A stretch of DNA of 64,000 nt from the human T2T-CHM13v2.0 reference genome, Homo sapiens: assembly GCF_009914755.1 (NCBI RefSeq), contig NC_060934.1; one strand, given 5' to 3'. Positions 55,382-64,000 of this stretch are shown here, one piece after another. Each line of letters opens with the position of its first letter. Position 1 is the stretch's first letter. Both the position numbers and the translations under genes were made by a program. Below the pieces are notes generated by a model. It searched no databases. It was not told the origin of the DNA and saw nothing but the letters and a program-made list of their open reading frames with translations.

Positions 55382-58300
55382 ATGACAGGATCAAATTCAA
55401 ACATAACCATATTAAACTTAAATGTAAATGGGCTAAATGCCCCTATTAAAAGACAGAGGCTGGCAAATTGGATAAAAAGTCAAGACCCATCCTTGTGCTG
55501 TATTCAGGAGCCCCATCTCATGTGCAAAGACACACATAGGCTCATAATAAAGGGATGGAGGAAGATCTACCAAGAAAATGGAAAGCAAAAAAAAAAAAAA
55601 AAAAAAAAAGCAGGGGTTGCAATCCAAGCCTCTGATAAAACAGACTTTAAACCAACAAAGATCAAAAGAGACAAAGAAGGCCATTACATAATGGTAAAGG
55701 GATCAATTCAACAAAAAGAGCAAACTATCCTAAATACATATGCACCCAATACAGGAGCACACAGACTCATAAAGTCCTGAGAGACCTACAAAGAGACTTA
55801 GACTCCCACACAATAAGAGTGGGAGACTTTAACACCTCACTGTCAATATTAGACAGATCAACGAGAGAGAAAGTTAACAAGAATATCCAGGACTTGAACT
55901 CAACTCTGCACCACGCCGACCTAACAGACATCTACAGAACTCTCCAGCCCTAATCAACAGAATATACATTCTTCTCAGCACCACATTGTACTTATTCCAA
56001 AACTGACCACATAGTTGGAAGTAAAGCACTCCTCAGCAAATGTAAAAGAACAGAAATCACAGCAGACTGTCTCTCAGACCACAGTGCAATCAAATAAGAA
56101 CTCAGGATTAAGAAACTCACTCAAAACTGCTCAACTATATGGAAACTGAACAACTTGCTCCTGAATGACTACTGGGTAAATAATCAAATGAAGGCAGAAA
56201 TACAGATGTTCTTTGAAACCAGTGAGAACAAAGACACAATGTACCAGAATCTCCAGGACACATTTAAAGCAGTGTGTAGAAGGAAATTTATAGCACTAAA
56301 TGCCCACAAGAGAAAGCAGGAAAGATCTAAAATTGACACCCTAACATCACAATTCAAAGAACTAGAGAAGCAAGAGCAACACATTCCAAAGCTAGCAGAA
56401 GGCAAGAAATAACTAATATCAGAGCAGAACTGAAGGAAATAGAGCCACAAAAAGCCCTTCAAAAAATCAATGAATCCAGGAGCGGGTTTTTTCAAAAGAT
56501 CAACAAAATTGATAGACTGCTAGCAAGACCAATGAAGAAGAAAAGAGAGAAGAATCAAATAGATGCAATAAAAAATGATAAAGGGAATATCACCACCATT
56601 CCCATAGAAATTCAAACTACCATCAGAGAATACTAGAAACACCTCTACGCAAATAAACTAGAAAATCCTGAAGAAATCGATAAATTCCTGGACACATACA
56701 CCCTCCCAAGACTAAACCAGGAAGAAGTTGAATCTCTCAATAGACCAGTAACAGACTCTGAAATTGAGGCAATAATTAATAGCTTACCCACCAAAAAAAG
56801 TCCAGGACCAGATGAATTCAAAGCAGAATTCTACCAAAATTACAAAGAGGCGGTGGTATCATTCCTTCTGAAACTATTTCAATCAAAAGAAAAGAGGTAA
56901 TCCTCCCTAACTCATTTTATGAGGACAATATCATCCTGATACCAAAGCTTGGCAGAGACAAAACAAAAAAAGAGAATTTTAGGCCAATATCCCTGATGAA
57001 CATCAAGGCAAAAATCCTCAATAAAATACTGGCAAACCGAATAGAGCAGTACATCAAAAAGCTTATCCAACAAGATCAGGTTGGCTTCATCCCTGGATTG
57101 CAAGGCCGGTTCAACATATGCAAATCAGTAAACGTAATCCAGCATATAAACAGAACCAAAGACAAAAACCACATGATTATCTCAATAGATGCAGAAAAGG
57201 CCTTTGACAAAATTCAACAGCCCTTCATGCTAAAAACTCTCAATAAACTAGGTATGGATGGAACGTATCTCAAAATAATAAGAGCTATGTATGACAAACC
57301 CACAGCCAGTATTATACTGAATGGGCAAAAAGTGGAAGCATTCCCTTTGAAAACTGGCACAAGACAGGGATGCCCTCTCTCACCACTCCTATTCAACACA
57401 GTGTTGGAAGTTCTGGCCAGGGCAATCAGGCAAGAGAAAGAAATAAAGGGTATTCAATTAGGAAAAGAGGAAGTCAAATTGTCCCTGTTTGCAGATGACA
57501 TGATTGTATATTTAGAAAACCCCATCGTCTCAGCCCCAAATCTCCTTAAGCTGATAAGCAACTTGAGCAAAGTCTTAGGATACAAATTCAATGTGCAAAA
57601 ATCACTAGCATTCTTATACACCAATAACAGACAGAGAACAGACAAATCATGAGTGAACTCCCATTCACAATTGCTACAAAGAGAATACAATACCTAGGAC
57701 TCCAACTTACAAGGATGTGAAGGACCGCTTCAAGGAGAACTACAAACCACTGCTCGATGAAATAAAAGAGGATACAAACCAATGGAAGAATATTCCATGT
57801 TTATAGATAGGAATAATCAATATTGTGAAAATGGTCATACTACCCAAGGTAATTTATAGATTCAATGCCATCCCCATGAAGCTACCAATGACATTCTTCA
57901 CAGAATTGGAAAAAACTACTTTAAAGTTCATATATAACCAAAAAAGAGCCCACATTGCCAAGACACTGCTAAGCAAAAAGAACAAAGCTGAACGCATCAC
58001 GCTTCCTCACTTCAAACTATATAACAAAGCTACAGTAACCAAAACAGCATGGTACTGGTACCAAAACAGAGATATAGGACCAATGGAACAGAACAGAGGC
58101 CTCAGAAATAACACCAAACATCTACAATCATCTGATATTTGACAAACCTGACAAAAACAAGCAATGGGGAAAGGATTCCCTATTTAATACATGGTGCTGG
58201 GAAAACTGGCCAGCCATATGTAGAAAGCTGAAACTGGATCCCTTCCTTAAACCTTATGCAAAAATTAATTCAAGATGGATTAAAGACTTTAATGTTAGAC

Positions 58301-58554
58301 CTAAAACCATAAAAACCCTAGAAGAAAACCTAGGCAATACCATTCAGGACATAGGCATGGGCAAGGACTTCGTGACTAGAACACCAAAAGCAATGGCAAC
58401 AAAAGCCAAAATAAACAAATGGGATCTAATTAAACTAAAGAGCTTCTGCATAGCAAAACAACCTACCATCAGAGTGAACCAGCAACCTACAGAATGGGAG
58501 AAAATTTTTGCAATCTACCCGTCTGACAAACAGCTAATATCCAGAATCTACAAA
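55382..58554 (+). pseudogene. ORF2: L1 ORF2p pseudogene, 3'-truncated
   Basis: MTGSNSNITILNLNVNGLN; [19 protein letters not shown]; an expanded A-run at 55587-55609; multiple frameshifts. Confidence 0.93.
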
Positions 58555-61500
58555 TTAATCTGAACAAGAATGGTTTATCAGGACTTTAGTTTGGGGTCTT
58601 AAACTGTCTATTTTAAGTATACAAGACTATCTTATAGGTTTCATGAGAAAAGGATCATATATTTAGGTTTTTTTCACTTCAAGTCTATAGATAGATAGAT
58701 AGTAGGGAGAGGGATAAGAGAAAAACAAACAATGAAAAAAAAAAAAAAAGCAGTTCCCAAAGACTTATTTAGATGAAAATGACATGTCAGGAAAATCTTG
58801 GCTGTGATGGTCTTTAAGTATTAAAGTATAGGGAGTTGTGGAATACAAAGCTAATGGTCAAGGAGCTCTTTCTTACACAGTAAAGAAGTCGGTTTATTTT
58901 CTGAAACTAAAGAAATAAAAATCACTGGGCTAATCTTATTTATTTCATGCCAACTACTCCCCGCTTCTGTGCCAGTCCAAATTGCAGGCATAAGATGGAT
59001 GTACAGAAGTCAAAATCCAGTTTCAGTTTAGAATCTCCCAGACTTGGATAGGATGAGATCACAATTTCTCCCTGTCCCTTATGTGCTCTGCAAATTCCCA
59101 CTGTATGAAAACATCAGCTGTCCTTTTTCCCTTTCTTACCATCTGATCTCTGCAGAGGCCAGTACCTCTTTTTCTTCAGCACTTCAGATAAAGAGAGATA
59201 TCCCCCAATTCTTTAAAAATCTTAAAAAGCATATGGATTCCCATTGTTCTCTGCCTATGCTCCCTACTGTTCCTGTTTTCATGCTAGTGAATTCTATACT
59301 GTGTTGCTTCCCTCTCCATAGGAAACTGAGGTTGTGCACACATAATATATCTAAAAGCCATCAATACTGAGGCCATGGTATCGACAAGGATACCCAGAAG
59401 AGCACATTTTTGGGAACAGAAGATTAATTCACTTTTTAATTATTATTTCCTCCTAGGATATTGAATGAAGTGGAGGCCTGAGACCACTGGTTCTCCTCCT
59501 TGAATGCTACCTGCAGGCCCACTCTGAACAAAGGCTGCTTGAGTGTGAGGGCAGGTGTGGTGCCTTGTCTCTACCAGCACCACAATGATTCTCAGATATT
59601 CTCCCAGAAACTGTCATCAACTAAGATTTCTTACATGATGAGATTGATGAGATCGACAGATGAAGGGCACCCAGCACCCATCCTTACGCACTTATCTACT
59701 TACACTCAAAGAAAGATACATATAACTTGTTTTACTTCTGCTCATGTAATGAGCCTTAGCCAAAATATTTGTTAATAATAAAATGTATAATTTCCAAATG
59801 CCCTGGATGACATTGTACTTGCTGAATATTATTTAAAATTACTCTTCAGGGGGAAAAAAAGCTTTAATAATTTATGCTTTCTTGGCTATTTTAATTTTCT
59901 TTTTATTGCATTTTGGCAGGGCATACTAAGTATAAATTGAATAAAATGAGACATCACACATTGAGTATTAATTACCACACTATTAAGAGATCTTGCTGCT
60001 TTGTATTCTGAGCTAAACAATGAGAAACTATGAAGAAGTGGAATTTTAAAAATTGCTAGCTATTTTTCCTCTTCTCAGAACATAAGTCATATACATGTTA
60101 CAAAGTATTTTCCTTTTCATTTTCACATTTTACGTTAATTCTACTAAGGAGAGGAACTGTTGGCTTGAATAAGGCAAAAACTAGACCTGAAGATGTTGTA
60201 CAGTAGATCAGATGATTCTAGGACAGACTATTTCAAGGACTCAGAAAAAAAAAAATATATGGGAGTTGAAGATAGAAATTCCTTCAGAAGCCAGAGTCTA
60301 GGGAAATAATTAAGGCTGAAGATGCCATTCTTGCTCAAATAATAAAATAAATCAGAAGATATCCTGAAAGCCAGGAAGCTGGGAAACTCTCACAACATAA
60401 ATTTCACACCATCTGAAGAGAAGGCCCCAGGAAACTCGAAGCAGTGGAGGACATAGGGCTGGGTGGCCCTGGGTGAGAAAGTGTGTTTGGGTATAAGGGT
60501 ATTACTCTGGTGGACCCTGGGAGGGCTGCCAGACCTTAGAAAGAGTATATGTTGTGTCTTGGGCATCACTTTTTCTAGGAACAAATTTTCAATTTGACCT
60601 GGAGACCTTCATACTGGGTATCCATCCTCTTGAAAGGAATACCCTCGGAGTCCTTCCATAGAAGCCAGCTTGGTGACTTCATTGCAGAGAAAAAGAATTG
60701 CTTGACTACCAATGCTGAAAATGTTCATGGCACAGCCAGAGAATGATTGGCCAAAAATGAGATGGAGACCAAGCAGAAGCTAAGTGGTAGGAAAGAAGAC
60801 AGAATAAAACAATAGACTCCCATCCTTAGACACATACAACCAGGTCCAGGTTCCACCACTTTACATGTACCTGTGATCACTCACAATATTGGAATATTGA
60901 ACTCCCTTGAGAGTAGGAAACAGAAAAAAATCTCTACTATCTATTTCAACTTTCTTTTTAAAAATATTGTACTAGAGGTGCCAACAAGTGAAATAAAACA
61001 AGAAAATAATAATTCTCTACTAAGTAGGAAAAAAATGAAATGAAATTACAATTTGAAATTACAATTATCACACTATGGTAGAAAGTTCCTTATCTAGGAA
61101 ACCTAAAGTAATCTGCAGGCAAAGTATTAATATTAATTGGTCTATTTGTCAAAGTCACTGAATACATGGTTAACTAAATATTTCACACCTGACTCTATAT
61201 ACACAACTAGAAAATAGAGTTATAAATGGCACTCTTTATAATAGCATCAAAGAAATTGCAAATGCTGTGATTTCCAAAAGCATTAAAAATCATCAAACAT
61301 CTAGAAATATGTAATTATATATATGTGTATATATATATATATATATATCTCATAAGGTATGTAACAGTTCTACGTTATAACAAAAAAAACTAAAAATATC
61401 ATTGAAAGAACCTGAAAAACACAAAGGAAACACATGAAATGGAGGGCTACAAAATGTTTATGGCTTAAATGATTCCATTTGTACAGATACAATTTCTCCC

Positions 61501-62130
61501 TGAATTAATCTGTAAATTCAGTACATATCAGTAGTTTGTGTATGTGTGTGCATGCATTAGTCACTGTAGAAATTAACAAGTTAATTCTAAAATTCAAATA
61601 TAAATTTAATAATCCAAGATTACCAAAGGCAAGGTTGAAGCAGCAAAAGAAGAAAGCTGAAGAATGTACAGGATCAAATAGCAATAGTACTTCAAATCTG
61701 TGGTAAATATGTCATAATGTTGGCCCAAGGATAGGTAACAACCAATGACACAGAATCTAGAAAGCAGCTACACCTGTAACTCCACTGAGAGTCATGGAGA
61801 AGATGAACTGTAGTATAATGAGGAAAAGATCTCCATTAGGTATATATTTGATATAAAATATATCTAGATCCCTATTTCACTTCATACACAAAATCAGTTT
61901 CAAAGACGGTCAAATTTAAAAATGAATGGAAAGGCAGTAAAAACATTTATAGAAAAATAATGGAGGATATCATTTTGATATACATAAAGATACTTAACAG
62001 TACATAAAATCTGTAACAAGAAAAACTGAAGAATAAAAATTTACTAAAATGAAAAGAATATATTGTCCTCACAAGACACTAATAAGAGTGAAAAGGGAAA
62101 CTATAGGCTAGCAGAACATAGTGACAAAAA

Positions 62131-62194
62131 TATTAAGTTGGTGCAAAAGTAATTACATTTTTGTATGACTTTCAATGGCAAAAACTGCAATGAC
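62131..62194. mobile_element. MADE1 (Hsmar1-derived mariner MITE), right end truncated
   Basis: TATTAAGTTGGTGCAAAAGTAATT..AATGGCAAAAACTGCAAT. Confidence 0.85.
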
Positions 62195-62312
62195 AAAGGC
62201 ACTGTATTCGGAAAACATTAAGAACATCTACAAGTCAATAAGAAAAGGTCACAGAACCCAAGTGAAAAATGGACAAGTCTTGGCTCTTCACAAGAAACAG
62301 ATAACAAAATGT

Positions 62313-62616
62313 GGCCAGGGCCAGTGGCTCATGCCTGTAACCCCAGCACTTTGGGACGCTGAGGTGAAAGGATTGCTGGAGTCCAGGAGTTCAAGAGAAG
62401 CCTGGGCAACATAGCGAGACCCCGTCTTTACAAAAAAAAAATAAACAAATTAGCCAAGTTTGGTGGTGCATGCCTGTAGCTCCAGCTACTCAGGAGGCTG
62501 AGGTGGGAGGATCATTTGAGCCCTGGAGGTCAAGGCTACAGTGAGCTATGATCACACCACTGCTCTCCAACCTGGGTGACAGAGCAAGACCCTGTCTCAA
62601 GAAAAGAAGAAAAAAA
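62313..62616 (+). mobile_element. AluJ (Jo-like)
   Basis: Full dimer; GGTCAAGGCTACAGTGAGCTATGATCACACC; A/G-rich tail. Confidence 0.93.
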
Positions 62617-63357
62617 GAAAGAGAATCCCAAGATAGTTAATAAATATGTGAAAAGATGTTAAGTTCTTTAGATATAATGGAAACACATATTAAACCTGGT
62701 TTACTTGAAAAGATAAACACCAGCTACTGATTATAAAATACCAGCTGAGAGTGTGAATAAACCAAAGGCTTTATACACACCGTAGCTGAGTTAAACTGGC
62801 ACTGCCACATTGGAACATTATTCAGGATGATTTAACAGAGCTGAGCAATGGACTATCCTAAGACTCAGAAAGTCCACCCTTCGACATATGCACATCTGAA
62901 ATGTTAACTAAAATGCAATATTTTTATAGCCCCTTCCCTCCAAAAAACAAAAACAAATAGAAACTACCCATATGTCCATCGGCATTACAATGAATATATT
63001 AATACATACCCAGGATATTCCTACAATGCCATTACTTTATAGCAAAGGAATTATTGAATGGATATACTTAACGTAATGTTTAAGAAAGAAACCAGGCACA
63101 ATAAATACTGTTATTTCTACTTGTATAAAAGTACAAAAACAGGTGAAACTATTTTTTTTCTATTAAAGAAGTAGAACAATGGTAAATCTCACGGGCATGG
63201 TAGAGACTGGGAATTGGTAATATTCTGGAAGCTGACTGTATAGGTGTGCTGTGTTTGTAAATATTTATCAAGCTGTAAACTTAAGATGTATGTGTTCTTC
63301 TCTGATTATAGTATACATTGACAAAAGTTAAAAGAAAAGGCACCAGGAAGTATTTGA

Positions 63358-63495
63358 CACAGTGGTTTATGTCATGGACTCTGAAGACAGATTGCCTGGG
63401 TTTCACTGCTGACTTCACTGCTACTGCTTACCAGTTGTGTAACCTTGGGAAAGTTTCTTAGTGACTTAGTTTCATCACCTATAAAGTGGGAATCA
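63358..63495 (+). mobile_element. MIR fragment
   Basis: CAGTGGTT..ATGGACTCTGAAGACAGATTGCCTGGGTTT..CTTACCAGTTGTGTAACCTTGGGAAAGTT..AGTTTCATCACCTATAAAGTGGG. Confidence 0.75.
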
Positions 63496-64000
63496 AAAGA
63501 GTTGCCTGAGCACATGAATCTTCCCTTAAGTTGTAGAGCTCTTAAGGAATTTGATTTTCACAGAAATAGACATAAAAGGGGCCAAAAAACATCATCAGCC
63601 TCTTTACAGAAATCAAGCCCAGATAGCTCTCACTTGTATGAAGCAGAGGAAAGAGAAAACACAAAGAAATTAAGGTTAATGGGGAATCATGTAGATCAGG
63701 AAAAAGAACATTATTGGAAAGGTTACTAAAATAATATGATCTAATACGAATTTTAGGAATTATGAGTACACATGGCTTAAAAAAATTGAAATCCAAAAGA
63801 AGAAAAAGTATAACAAGATAAAAGGAAAGATGTGTGTGTGGGTAAAGTACACAAGTAACAAAAGACTAGTAGACTAGTAGGAAATGGATAAATTAGCATT
63901 GGAGGCACTGAAGAGCAGCATTGATGCTGCAGAAGATTAGGAACAAATGATACAATTTCAGTTTCCTCAATATAGGAAGATTAAAAAACTGATTAGAATA

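Larger units (their letters stand above)
53151..58554 (+). mobile_element. L1PA6-type LINE-1, 5' intact, 3' end (~0.9 kb, tail and TSD) missing
   Basis: TTCCAAGATGGTCAAATAGGAACAGCTC 5' end after a TTTT/AA-like site; similarity to the 25-kb copy stops at CCAGAATCTACAAA. Confidence 0.95.
60880..63335 (+). mobile_element. Ancient L1M (ME/MC4-age) ORF2 to 3' UTR relic hosting (TA)n, MADE1 and an Alu
   Basis: GATCCCTATTTCACTTCATACACAAAATCAGTT; GTGAAAAGATGTT; ACCCATATGTCCATC; L1M 3' UTR ending at ~63335. Confidence 0.75.

Overview
AT-rich primate genomic DNA, very probably human or great ape given an L1PA2-type insertion. It is dominated by interspersed repeats, and I recognise no host protein-coding exon, RNA gene or CpG island. 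By rough tally of my intervals about 45% is LINE-1. This includes one full-length but coding-dead L1PA4/5-type element with a perfect TSD (25078-31201), a 3'-deleted L1PA6-type element, two twin-primed (5'-inverted) young L1s, an RT-deleted L1PB and several old L1M fragments. The rest is six Alus, MaLR, ERV1 (MER4-group) and LTR16 LTRs, MIR/L2 relics, a MADE1 remnant and microsatellites. The ORF-track entries are repeat-derived or chance ORFs. I found no demonstrable new biological system. The best leads are: (1) an L1 antisense ORF0 frame that stays open for 178 codons and runs out of the element into flanking DNA; (2) a ~330-bp inverted duplication crossing repeat boundaries, with templated junction inserts (43311-43642 / 45395-45737); (3) a 76-bp self-copied 5'UTR piece inside an L1 ORF1; (4) a MaLR element with inverted LTR ends; (5) a possible young-to-old L1 gene-conversion tract. 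Subfamily names come from recalled consensus features, not from a database search, and boundaries without a TSD are approximate.
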